Of a DNA stretch of 64,000 bases, positions 9,170 to 18,494 are shown piece after piece (the first letter of the stretch is position 1; each line of letters opens with the position of its first letter). The notes beneath the pieces are model-generated. The model ran no database searches and had not been told where the DNA came from. It saw only the letters and a list, made by a program, of their open reading frames with translations. This DNA comes from Candidatus Obscuribacteraceae bacterium (GTDB lineage Bacteria; Cyanobacteriota; Vampirovibrionia; Obscuribacterales; Obscuribacteraceae), in contig JBGAHS010000003.1 of NCBI GenBank assembly GCA_044226015.1, positions 640,001 to 704,000 on the forward strand, in the 5' to 3' direction. Position numbers and translations under genes: made by a program.

Positions 9170-11002
9170 TTACTTCGACTCAGCGTAGACCGCGTCGATT
9201 TCAGCAGCGAAGCGCTTGATGAGCACCTTGCTGCGAATCTTCAGGGTCTCGGTGATGACGCCACTGTCGATGGTGGCAGCCAGCGGCATGATCTTGAACC
9301 GCTTCACCTGCTCCCAGTGCTCGAGCGACTTGTTGGCGCCAGCGATGGCTTCCGCCACAGCCGCCTTCACCGCATCGTGCTCGGCGTAGAACTTCGCCGC
9401 GTCGGCCCCCGCAGGAGCAGCGCCAGCCAGTTTCTTCGCCTCGTCCTGATTGACGAAGATGAGCGCGATCGGATACTTGCGACCGTGAGCAACCGGCACG
9501 CTGTAGTGAATGATCGGGAAGTGCTTGAGCGCACCCTCGAGCTTCTCACGCGAGACGTACTTGCCGCCGGAAGTCTTGTACATGCCGTCCTTGCGGCCCA
9601 GCACGTAGACGAAGCCGTCGTCGTCCATGCGTCCGAGGTCGCCGGTCTTGTACCAGCCATCCTCGGAAAACGCGTTGGCGGTCGCCTCGGGGAGGTTCCA
9701 GTAGCCTTTGAAGACCTGCCCACCGAAGAGCTGAATCTCGCCGGTACCGGGCTCGTCCTCGCTCGGGTCGTGCGCGATGCGAACCTTGCAGTCCGGCACC
9801 ACGTAGCCGACCGAGCCGACCTTGTTCTTGGGACCCTTGCCGGGCGCCCAGCTCGGACGATTGGTCACGATGCCGCCGACCGTCTCCGTCGCGCCGTAGC
9901 CCTCGAGAATCTCGATGCCCAGGCGATTGAAGAAGTGCAGCACATCCGCGTTGATCGGAGCGCCACCGGAGACAGCCATGCGCAGGCGCCCGCCGAGCTT
10001 GGCGCGCACCTTGTCGAAGACGATGCGGTCGAAGATCTTCCCGGCGGTCGTTCCCGGCTTGCTCGCCAGAGCCAGCTTGAAGAGCGGCTTCCAGACGAAG
10101 AGCGTGTTGAGCACCTTGCCGATGCCTTCCGCCGGGTTCTTGACGCCGTTGTAGATCTTCTCCCATACCGCCGGCACGCCAGCCAGAACCGTGGGACGGA
10201 AGCGCCCCATGTTCTTGGCCAGCTGGTCGATCGCCGAGAAGGCGACCGGCGTGCCGTTCCAGGTGCAGAGCCCCATGCCGTCGACGCGCTCGAGCACGTG
10301 CGAGAGCGGCAGATAGCTGAGCACGAGGTCCTTCTCGGTGATGCCGAGACCGACCTGCGACATCGAAGCCATCTTGGCCGCGATGTTGCCGTGGGTGATC
10401 ATGCAGCCCTTCGGCGCGCCCGACGAACCCGACGTATAAATGAACGTCCCCAGGTCATCCGGCGCCAGGTCGGCGAAGTAGGTGCCCGGCTTGCGCTGGG
10501 CGCGCATCGCAGACAGCTCGGCATCGACCGCGGGGTAGCGGGCGAGGGACGGCGCCGCCTTGGCGACCGCCTCGAAGATGCTGCCGCCGAGCTTCACGAG
10601 GTCTTCCAGCGACGTGAGCGCATCGATGAAACGATAGCCCTCGCCGACCGTGACCTTCTTGATCTGCTCGTCGTCGGCCGCGAAGCTGAGCTTCACGCCG
10701 GCGTCCTTGAGCACGTAGGCAGCCTGCTCGGCAGAGCTGTTCGGATAGATCGGAACGGTGACGGCGCCCAGGGACTGGATGGCATAGTCCGCCCAGACCC
10801 ACTCGGCCGAGTTCCAGCCGAGAATGGCGACACGGTCGCCCTTCTGAACGCCCTTCTTGCGGAGAAACGCCATGATCAGAGCGACCGCCGTTCCCGACTG
10901 GGACCAGCTGATCTGCTTGAGATCGGCGCCGTTGTCATAGACGATGGCGCAGGCATCGGGAGTGCTGAACGCACGAGCCCAGAACTTTTGAATCAGTGTC
11001 AT
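9170..11002 (-). CDS. fadD: Long-chain fatty acyl-CoA ligase (AMP-dependent synthetase)
   Basis: YTSGSSGAPKG, SYLPLSHVLER, EGYGATE, WYKTGDLG, GRKD; start MTLIQ after a GGAG RBS. Confidence 0.95.
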   Translation of the reverse strand: MTLIQKFWARAFSTPDACAIVYDNGADLKQISWSQSGTAVALIMAFLRKKGVQKGDRVAILGWNSAEWVWADYAIQSLGAVTVPIYPNSSAEQAAYVLKDAGVKLSFAADDEQIKKVTVGEGYRFIDALTSLEDLVKLGGSIFEAVAKAAPSLARYPAVDAELSAMRAQRKPGTYFADLAPDDLGTFIYTSGSSGAPKGCMITHGNIAAKMASMSQVGLGITEKDLVLSYLPLSHVLERVDGMGLCTWNGTPVAFSAIDQLAKNMGRFRPTVLAGVPAVWEKIYNGVKNPAEGIGKVLNTLFVWKPLFKLALASKPGTTAGKIFDRIVFDKVRAKLGGRLRMAVSGGAPINADVLHFFNRLGIEILEGYGATETVGGIVTNRPSWAPGKGPKNKVGSVGYVVPDCKVRIAHDPSEDEPGTGEIQLFGGQVFKGYWNLPEATANAFSEDGWYKTGDLGRMDDDGFVYVLGRKDGMYKTSGGKYVSREKLEGALKHFPIIHYSVPVAHGRKYPIALIFVNQDEAKKLAGAAPAGADAAKFYAEHDAVKAAVAEAIAGANKSLEHWEQVKRFKIMPLAATIDSGVITETLKIRSKVLIKRFAAEIDAVYAESK

Positions 11003-11130
11003 GGAGAGAACTCCTTCTCTTTCAGGTCGCCTCTGCGACCCGGGGCACTCATCTGGAGCGCCCATTTAGCTGATGAGAACTGACAGGGTGATTTCGCAAT
11101 CACCCTGTCTCGATTGCACTGAAGAGCGGC

Positions 11131-12093
11131 TCAGACAGCCGCTTTCTTCTCCTTCTTCGCCTTCTGGTATTCGACGAACTTCGCCACGCACTCGGCCGAA
11201 GCCGGCGTGTGGCAGAGGTTGGCGAAAGAGCAGGACTCTTCCACCATCGCCGCGTTCTTGTCGCCGCGCATCGCCGCCTTCATGACCTTGAGGGCCTCGA
11301 GCGGAGCCGGATACTTGCCGCGCGTCTGGACCTTGATGGCCAGGGCGGCGAGCGCCGAGATGCAGCTGACGCCGATGGCGGAGTCGCCGATCGCACGCGT
11401 GAACTTCTGCATCGCCGAGGGCTCACGAGTCGGAGGCGACTCGCCCAGAACGACGCCGACCGCGCGGCTGAAGAGCTTCGACTCCGGCACCAGCTCGTCG
11501 ACCAGCCCAGTCTGCAGCGCCTTGCGCGCCGACCAGGGCTTGAGCGGGTTGGTGATGAGCGGCACAGCAGCAGCGAAGCCCAGCATCAGCGGAGCGCGCA
11601 CCGTGCCGCCCCAACCGGGAAGCACGCCGAGCGCGACCTCGGGCAGACCGATGACCGTCGACTTGTTGTCGGTGGCCAGGCGGTACTTGCAGACCAGGGT
11701 CAGCTCGGTGCCGCCGCCGAGGCAGCGACCACGAATCGCGGCGACCGTCGGAAACGGCAGCGCCTCGATGCGCGCGAGCAGAGCCTTGCCCTGATTGCAG
11801 CCGTCGTAGGCGATTTCGGGCGGCATCGACTGCGCGTACTGAATCTCCTTGATGTCGGCGCCGGCGATGAAGCAGTCGTCCTTGGAAGAGCGGAAGACAG
11901 CGCCGACGAACTCGCCGGGCTTCTCGAGCACCTTCACGACATGGTCGAGCTCCTTCATCACCAAGCTGGACAGCAGGTTGACCTTGCTGACCTTGCTGTC
12001 GAAGGTGACGATGGCGACGCGGTTCGACAGAGTGCTGAGCTCGACGACGTTGCCACGGAAGAGAAGACGAGACTTGATGGGGTTGCGGGTCAT
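11131..12093 (-). CDS. Enoyl-CoA hydratase matching only the N-terminal domain of FadJ/FadB
   Basis: FIAGADI, CLGGGTE, GLPEV.LG.LPG.GGT, TRGKYPAP; no dehydrogenase domain follows. Confidence 0.9.
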   Translation of the reverse strand: MTRNPIKSRLLFRGNVVELSTLSNRVAIVTFDSKVSKVNLLSSLVMKELDHVVKVLEKPGEFVGAVFRSSKDDCFIAGADIKEIQYAQSMPPEIAYDGCNQGKALLARIEALPFPTVAAIRGRCLGGGTELTLVCKYRLATDNKSTVIGLPEVALGVLPGWGGTVRAPLMLGFAAAVPLITNPLKPWSARKALQTGLVDELVPESKLFSRAVGVVLGESPPTREPSAMQKFTRAIGDSAIGVSCISALAALAIKVQTRGKYPAPLEALKVMKAAMRGDKNAAMVEESCSFANLCHTPASAECVAKFVEYQKAKKEKKAAV

Positions 12094-12165
12094 GTAATCC
12101 TCATTTCATCAGGTTGAGGCGCCGCACCGTATTTGGTGCGGCGCCAGAGGGATAGAACGAAGGGT

Positions 12166-12981
12166 TCAGGCGCTCGGCTTGAGCGCGAGAACCTTCTGCC
12201 TGAGAATCTCGGTGGCTTCGCGAGGGTCGCTCGGAAGCTCCGTGTTGGCAATCGGCTCGCCGATCACGACTTTGACGCCGCGCCGATAGTAGAACGCACC
12301 GACGAGCGGCACGAGCCACTGCAGCGGGATGGGCAGCTTCAGAATCCACTTGCCCGGGTAGCGCCCGTAGTGCATGTAACCGGGCACGACGTGAACCGGT
12401 CGGCCCAGACGAGCGGACGCTTCCTGAACCATACGAACGGCGCCGGTCTTGAACTTGCCGACCGTTCCATCCATATTGGTCCAGGCCTCGGGGAAGATGA
12501 CCTCGATGTTGGCGCCGTCCTCGGCGGTGAGAACTTTCACCGACGCGTTGAAGGCGGCATGACCATTGTCGAGGTCGACAGAGAAGACGCCCCACTTGCT
12601 GAAGAGCAAGCCGAGCAGCCCGCCACCGACCTTCATCACGCCCTGCGCTGCCGGGTATCGAGCCTTGCGGTTGAGCACCACAGGAGCGATCGCCACGTCG
12701 AGCAGACTGCCGTGATTGAAGGCCAGCACGAAGGGAGCCGGCAAATCCGCCAGCTTCTCATGCCCGACTGCGTCGATCTTGCCGACGAAGCCATCGACCC
12801 AAGCCTTCGCGAAACGCACCATTCCACGGTGCGCCCGGTCAGACGGGGTCGGAGCCAAGTAGCCGCACTCGACGACTTGCTTGGCTCTCCTGAGAGCATC
12901 CTTCAAACGGGGAAGAAACCAGGCCAGTGCGGCAGCGAAAGCGCCGCAGGCCAGGAGCAGAACAATCAAGTTGATCGACAT
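12166..12981 (-). CDS. PlsC-like 1-acylglycerol-3-phosphate acyltransferase
   Basis: N-terminal TM, NHGSLLD, IFPEA, FKTGAVRM, VVIGEPI. Confidence 0.9.
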   Translation of the reverse strand: MSINLIVLLLACGAFAAALAWFLPRLKDALRRAKQVVECGYLAPTPSDRAHRGMVRFAKAWVDGFVGKIDAVGHEKLADLPAPFVLAFNHGSLLDVAIAPVVLNRKARYPAAQGVMKVGGGLLGLLFSKWGVFSVDLDNGHAAFNASVKVLTAEDGANIEVIFPEAWTNMDGTVGKFKTGAVRMVQEASARLGRPVHVVPGYMHYGRYPGKWILKLPIPLQWLVPLVGAFYYRRGVKVVIGEPIANTELPSDPREATEILRQKVLALKPSA

Positions 12982-13022
12982 GTCGATCTCCTTCTGGATC
13001 CAATTAGATGAGAACCACGGGC

Positions 13023-14114
13023 TCAGTAGAGCCCGTGATCAGCGAACACCCGCTCGGCACGCCGGGCGAGGTCTTGCTTCTCCTTTGCAGGAGCCGGAAT
13101 GTAGTCGCGCCAGTAGCCCAGCGCGTCGAACAGGCTCTGCACCTTCTCGAGCCTCTCGCCAGCCAGCAGCCCCTCCAGAGCCAGACGTGCCGTAGCCGCT
13201 TCGAAGCTGACCAGCATCGCCAGCCACTTCTCGTCGTCCGACAAGTTGAACTTCAGGGAGTGGACATGCTCGATGTGCGGGCGGAACTCGATGACGCCAG
13301 TGGTCTCCGGACCCCAATGGAAATCCGGGTGAACCTGCCAGAGCACGCGAGCCATCCTGTGCAGCCGACCAGAGACAGGGCTGAGCCTGTCTTCGCCGAC
13401 GCGGCAGGCGATGATCTTGCGCGGGTCCGAACCGAAATGACGAATCATCACGCCCACCGGGCAGAGACCGTCACGGCTCAGACCGCCATCGAAGAGCATC
13501 ATGCCCTTGTACTCGATGGCGGCGATGACACCGACGATGGTGGCACTGGACCGCACAGCCAGCTCGAGCGGAGCAGGATGAACGGACAGCTGCGTCTTGC
13601 GACCAAAGGTATCGCAGAGGAAGACGCCGTCCTTGTTGAAGACAACGGCAGAGCCGTCGCGCGTGGTCGCCATCGTCACGAACTTCTCCGGCCAGCTCTC
13701 GATGCCGCGCTTGCGGGCTTCGTTGAGCACGAACTTGCCGAGGTTGTTGGAACCCAGCAGTCCGGTCACATGCCAGTCGGCGTACTCCTTCGGGCCGGTA
13801 GGCTCGATGAGCGAGTCCATGCCGCGACGCAGCACGTTGCCGACCCCACGGCGAATGGCGTGAGCCATACCGTCCTGGAACGTGACGTACCTGGTGAAGT
13901 CGGTCTCCAGCGTGATATGCAGCGCCTCTTTCGCGCTGATACCGGTCGCGGTGACGGCACTGAAGATGCCACCGCCGCTGACGCCGAAGTTCTTCGTGAT
14001 CTTCAAGCCAGCCATGCCGCACGCGGCAAAGGCACCAGCTCCGGCGAGCACAGCTGTCGCACCGCCCGAGCTAATCGCGAGCTCATAGCCGCTGGCAACA
14101 TCCGTGTTAGTCAT
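13023..14114 (-). CDS. Patatin-like phospholipase
   Basis: LAISSGG oxyanion motif, GVSGG nucleophile elbow, AVRSS, FDGG; start MTNTD after a GAGGT RBS. Confidence 0.9.
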   Translation of the reverse strand: MTNTDVASGYELAISSGGATAVLAGAGAFAACGMAGLKITKNFGVSGGGIFSAVTATGISAKEALHITLETDFTRYVTFQDGMAHAIRRGVGNVLRRGMDSLIEPTGPKEYADWHVTGLLGSNNLGKFVLNEARKRGIESWPEKFVTMATTRDGSAVVFNKDGVFLCDTFGRKTQLSVHPAPLELAVRSSATIVGVIAAIEYKGMMLFDGGLSRDGLCPVGVMIRHFGSDPRKIIACRVGEDRLSPVSGRLHRMARVLWQVHPDFHWGPETTGVIEFRPHIEHVHSLKFNLSDDEKWLAMLVSFEAATARLALEGLLAGERLEKVQSLFDALGYWRDYIPAPAKEKQDLARRAERVFADHGLY

Positions 14115-14211
14115 AACGCACCTCTCTTTCCACAAGAGAAAGAGGGAACCCAGCGTGAGCCGGGGTCCCTCTAGTCGTGGGTGAATCAGGGTTGAAGTGA
14201 GTGAGAAGCGA

Positions 14212-15270
14212 TCAGTGCTGCTTCGCGGTCTCGTAGAGCTCCACGATGCGAGCGCGAACGATGGCGATGGCCTCGATCGGATCTTCCGGCAGGTCAGCGA
14301 TGGAGATGGGGTCGCCGACCACGACAACGCCACCGTAGTTGGTGACGTTGGACTTCTTGTGCGCCTTCATGATCTCCTTGCGCTTCGCCTCGGACTCGGC
14401 ACGCTCGTCCGCGGTCATGGCTTCCAGGTCCTTCTTGAACTCCGGATTCCAGGCCTTGGGGTTGCGGGTGCCGAGGAACATGGAACGCATGCCCTTGAGG
14501 TGGCGGTGCGTCCAGTCGGCGCCGTTCGGGTCGCGCTTGTAGTGAATCGCCATCGGAACGATGGTGACCGGCTCGCCAGCAGCCGAAGCCGCAGCCTTGC
14601 CAATGCGCACAGCACCCGGACGGAAGAGTTCCTTCATGTCCGGGTCATCCGGCAGAAGGGCGCCCTGCGGGAAGATGCCGAGGGCGGGGCCGCTGCCAGG
14701 CATGCCGGCAACGACCAGAGCGAGAACGACCGCACCGAGGGCATACCAGGGCATGCCGAAGTGCAGAGACGCGACGAAGCCGGCAGCCGAAGCGAGCCAC
14801 AGGGTCACAGCGACACCGAAGCTGATGCGCCAGTTCTTGGCGGCAACAGAACGAATGCAGCCTTGCTCAGCAGCCTGACCATCGGTCTTCTGCTTGAACG
14901 CAACCGAGATGACGCCGCCGCAAGCAGCGAGCACGCCGAAGAAGCCGCCCAGCTGGTCCGCAGCGGTGAGCATGCGGAAGTGGCGCCCCGAACCGCGACG
15001 AACCATCGCGAAGTCGCAGGGCAGTTGGTGGTTGGCGGCGAAGATCACTCGCCCGCCGCGCGGAAGCTTGTTCTTGCCGATCACCTTGACCTTGCCGACC
15101 GTGAGGAAGGTCAGCAGGTAGGCGAACGCAGCCATGCCGAACTCACCGAACCAGCTCGTCTGCGGCGGCACGTAGCCGCTCTGCGGGAAGCGGGCAGCGT
15201 GGCCCTTCCAGAACATGTACCAACCGGCAACGCCGAACAGCGCGCCGAGGATGCTGATGATGTAGATCAT
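14212..15270 (-). CDS. PlsC-like lysophospholipid acyltransferase with an internal TM hairpin
   Basis: ANHQLPCD, IFPQG, FRPGA, IVPMAI, VVVGDPI; start MIYII after a GGAG RBS. Confidence 0.88.
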   Translation of the reverse strand: MIYIISILGALFGVAGWYMFWKGHAARFPQSGYVPPQTSWFGEFGMAAFAYLLTFLTVGKVKVIGKNKLPRGGRVIFAANHQLPCDFAMVRRGSGRHFRMLTAADQLGGFFGVLAACGGVISVAFKQKTDGQAAEQGCIRSVAAKNWRISFGVAVTLWLASAAGFVASLHFGMPWYALGAVVLALVVAGMPGSGPALGIFPQGALLPDDPDMKELFRPGAVRIGKAAASAAGEPVTIVPMAIHYKRDPNGADWTHRHLKGMRSMFLGTRNPKAWNPEFKKDLEAMTADERAESEAKRKEIMKAHKKSNVTNYGGVVVVGDPISIADLPEDPIEAIAIVRARIVELYETAKQH

Positions 15271-15432
15271 CTTGTATCTCCGTAGAGTTTGAGAGTTAAA
15301 GCTGCACATGCAGTCTTCGAAATAGGGCTCAGCTGGAAGCTTTAGCCCCTCCGTGAAGAAAGCTCACCGGGTAGCCACTTCCTATATTTAGTGGCGAGCC
15401 AGAAAGCCCATTTGCCTTGCGGTAGAAACAGC

Positions 15433-15537
15433 TCAGGAGAGGACGTTCAGGTTTCCGAACATCTTCTTCATGAGTTCGTCCCAGGACTTGCGCGGATGCA
15501 CAATCCAGCGGACAGCTTTGCGGATGCGTTCTTTCAT
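15433..15537 (-). CDS. 34-aa basic amphipathic peptide (absent from the ORF track)
   Basis: MKERIRKAVRWIVHPRKSWDELMKKMFGNLNVLS*; AAAGGAG RBS; codon style matches the neighbours. Confidence 0.55.
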   Translation of the reverse strand: MKERIRKAVRWIVHPRKSWDELMKKMFGNLNVLS

Positions 15538-15610
15538 GCATCGCTCCTTTTTTCTTCTTTTAGAGGAAGAACGAGGGGAGAGCTTGCGCTCGCCCCTCGT
15601 CCGGAGAACC

Positions 15611-17584
15611 TCAGTCCTTCTGTTCGTAGGACTGGAAGATGGGCTTCACCGGAACGCCCTGGAGCTCACGAATGTTGCCACTCATGATGTGCCCCATGGT
15701 CTCCTTCGAAGCCGCCTTGATGCCCTTCGAGGTCGGCGCCTTGCCGCTGAGACGGCAGGTCATCATCTCGCAGAGCATGTTGAGGGCAGCCACACGACCG
15801 GTATCACCGGCGGCGGCAGCGCTACGCGCACCCTCGATGGCGACGAACATCGTGACGATGTCGGCCAGCGGCTGGTAGACCTCGAACTCGGTGATGAGCT
15901 GCTCGTCTGCGAGCTTCTCGCCGAACTTGAACACGAGCGAGACGAGGTTCTTCTTCCAGGCGAACCACTTCTTGGCCGCGAACTCGAGATGCGCGATGAA
16001 ACGCTCGTCGAGCCCGCTCAGGTCGCCGACGACCTTGCCCTTCTTGACGCCGCGGTAGCAGTTGAACAGCACCGGCAGGAAGCCCGAGGCGCCGCCGATG
16101 ATCTTCTTGCGATTCTTCACGAGACCGCTCTTGCCCTTCCACAGCGTGGCGAGGATGGTCGGCAGGCCGAGGTGGAACTTCTTCAGGTTCGGCATCAGGT
16201 CGAACATGTTGACGCCGGCTTCCTTGAAGCCACGCCCCATGTCCTCCAGACCCGCACCGCGAAGCGCCTTGACCAGCGAGTTGACGCCAGCCTGAGCCAG
16301 CATCGGGTTCGGACCCTCGTAGACGCTTGCGACCAGCGCGTTGGCGATGTTGTCGCCGAGCGGATGACCGCGGAAGAACGAGCGCCCACCGTGGATTTCG
16401 ATCCCGGTCTTGCACATCACGTCCCGGAGCTCGTTGGTGCTCCAGGTCTTGGCGATCATCGCCGAGAGGTCACCGGCGCGACCCTGGTCCACCTGGTCGG
16501 CGGTCCAGAGCGAGAGCAGCTCCGAGCCGGCGATGTCGGCCGCGATCGTCGCCATGCGATACTGGATGCCCAGCCGCTGGTCGAGCGTCACGCCGAAGGT
16601 CTTGCGCATCTTCACCCACTGCGGACAGGAGGCGAGAATGATGCTCATCATGATCGAGGCGCTGACGCCGACCGCCCAGCGGCCGTCGTCGAGATCCTTG
16701 AAGATGGCTTCCAGACCGTTGCCGGGCAGAATGTTGCCGACCGGAACGCGCAGCCCGTTGAAGACGAGGCCGTTGTTCTCGAGCGCCGGCTGCAGAACGT
16801 GCAGGTTGTAGCGGTTGAGCCGGAACTCAGCCGTGTCCTCCTTCGGCAGGTCGACCTTCACGACCTTGAACTGGTCGTTGATCTTCATGAACACCGCCAC
16901 CTCGGCGCCGTAGGTCGCGCGCGAGATGAAGAGCTTCTCGCCATAGATGCGCAGCTCGTCGCCTTCGATGACGCCGTAGGTGCGAATCTTGGTGATGTTG
17001 CAGCCAGCCGAGGGCTCGGTACCGGCGAAGGCGCCCTGGAAGAGCGCGGTCGCCATGTGCGAGAGGAAGACCTGCTTCTGCTCTTCGGTGCCGAAGTGCT
17101 TGAGCGCACCGACCGGACCGATGAGCGTCTTCACCGACATGGTGCCGGGGATAACGGGGTCGCCGATGCGGCCGAGAACCAGCATGACCTTCGCGAGGTC
17201 TTGCATGGTTGCGCCAGCTCCGCCGTACTCGGTCGGGATGGTGAGCCCGTAGAAGCCGGCGGTGGTGAGTTCGGCCTCGAGCGTCGGATTGAAGGCGCCC
17301 TTCTCGTTGAAGAGGGCATTCTTGCCGAGGTATTCCTCGACGAGCGCGACGCAGCGATCCAGAACGACCTTGACGCTCGGCGTCATCTCGTCGCCCTTGC
17401 GAGCGAAGAGGCTGATGTCGAGGTCACGGGAGAGAAGCGCCTCCTGGATGGCTCCGGGAAGCTTCTGATGCTTGCTGGCCGCAGCTTGCGCATTGTCGAC
17501 CGCGTTGACAGCATCGATTTCCTGCTGACCCTTGCCGGCTCGCTTGAGGGCATCGGTGAGCAGATCATTGGAATGATTGGTCAT
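15611..17584 (-). CDS. Acyl-CoA dehydrogenase family protein with a C-terminal extension
   Basis: GLTIPTEYGGAG, AFAGTEPSAG, GEKLFIS, RKTFG, IHGGR, VYEGPN. Confidence 0.95.
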   Translation of the reverse strand: MTNHSNDLLTDALKRAGKGQQEIDAVNAVDNAQAAASKHQKLPGAIQEALLSRDLDISLFARKGDEMTPSVKVVLDRCVALVEEYLGKNALFNEKGAFNPTLEAELTTAGFYGLTIPTEYGGAGATMQDLAKVMLVLGRIGDPVIPGTMSVKTLIGPVGALKHFGTEEQKQVFLSHMATALFQGAFAGTEPSAGCNITKIRTYGVIEGDELRIYGEKLFISRATYGAEVAVFMKINDQFKVVKVDLPKEDTAEFRLNRYNLHVLQPALENNGLVFNGLRVPVGNILPGNGLEAIFKDLDDGRWAVGVSASIMMSIILASCPQWVKMRKTFGVTLDQRLGIQYRMATIAADIAGSELLSLWTADQVDQGRAGDLSAMIAKTWSTNELRDVMCKTGIEIHGGRSFFRGHPLGDNIANALVASVYEGPNPMLAQAGVNSLVKALRGAGLEDMGRGFKEAGVNMFDLMPNLKKFHLGLPTILATLWKGKSGLVKNRKKIIGGASGFLPVLFNCYRGVKKGKVVGDLSGLDERFIAHLEFAAKKWFAWKKNLVSLVFKFGEKLADEQLITEFEVYQPLADIVTMFVAIEGARSAAAAGDTGRVAALNMLCEMMTCRLSGKAPTSKGIKAASKETMGHIMSGNIRELQGVPVKPIFQSYEQKD

Positions 17585-17734
17585 GTCATTAGTCCTTGTT
17601 GCGAGAACCGCGAGCAACCGAATGGCGCTGCTGAGTCCTCGTTGGTCAGACAGAATCGACCCAAAGAGTTGGAACTTCAGCTCCAACCTTGAGTACTCGC
17701 GTTTGTGATAGAGAAACGTCAAAGTCCGCCGAGC

Positions 17735-17896
17735 TTATCCCCTTTCGAGGAGAAACCAGACGAACCCGAGAACCGCCTCAGTCGTGTAGCAAGAGATGAG
17801 GAAACCCACCGGGTTAGCCACACGCTGCACACGACTTTCAAAGCAGTAGAGCACAACAGGTGCAAGCATGGCGATTGCCAGAAGAAAGACTGCCAT
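17735..17896 (-). CDS. Small 2-TM protein (53 aa) at the head of the lipid cluster
   Basis: MAVFLLAIAMLAPVVLYCFESRVQRVANPVGFLISCYTTEAVLGFVWFLLERG*; AAGGAG RBS. Confidence 0.55.
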   Translation of the reverse strand: MAVFLLAIAMLAPVVLYCFESRVQRVANPVGFLISCYTTEAVLGFVWFLLERG

Positions 17897-18494
17897 GTGC
17901 GAACTCCTTGAGTCGGTCAGTACGCTTACAATCCAGCCGGTCAGCCAGTTAGATGCCCGATCCGCAAACTAGCGGTGAAGAAATTATCGAGTTGCTGAAG
18001 CAGATGCGATTTGCAGTTGCTGTAGACCTGAAGGGAAAGAAGAACGTATTGACAACATCATTATGTGCCTGCCCCCTGGGGCGCTCCAAAGATGGGCGTG
18101 TAACACGGCTGTAACACGCAGAACACAAACTCTCGAAAGCCCCATTTTACGGTTTCGAAGTTCTTCACACTTGTTCACCATTCTCTGAAATACGAGTTCG
18201 ACTACGCAAATCCCGCAAACAGATCTTCGAAGTTCGGCTTGCGCAGCGTTACCACCTGCAGCAGAGGAAGTGCTTTCTGCATATATAGGCAGCAAAAAAA
18301 TGTGAATCCACGCAATCCACTTGCTCCAAAAAGTACTGCTGCCCCCAGTCCACTAACGCAGCTCCACAAGCCTGCTGCGATGCACTCGGCAAATCGCAGG
18401 CGCGGCAAATCGCTACGCAAGCTTAGTGAATTCTGCCGAAAGAAAGGACTGATATGCTGGATGAAGACCCCGCTTCGGTTATTAGACCACTCTA

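Noticed and set aside
15329..15541. 70-aa minus-strand ORF from the track
   Set aside because: Its ATG is too close to the RBS and the sequence is not protein-like; the 34-aa frame at 15433..15537 fits better
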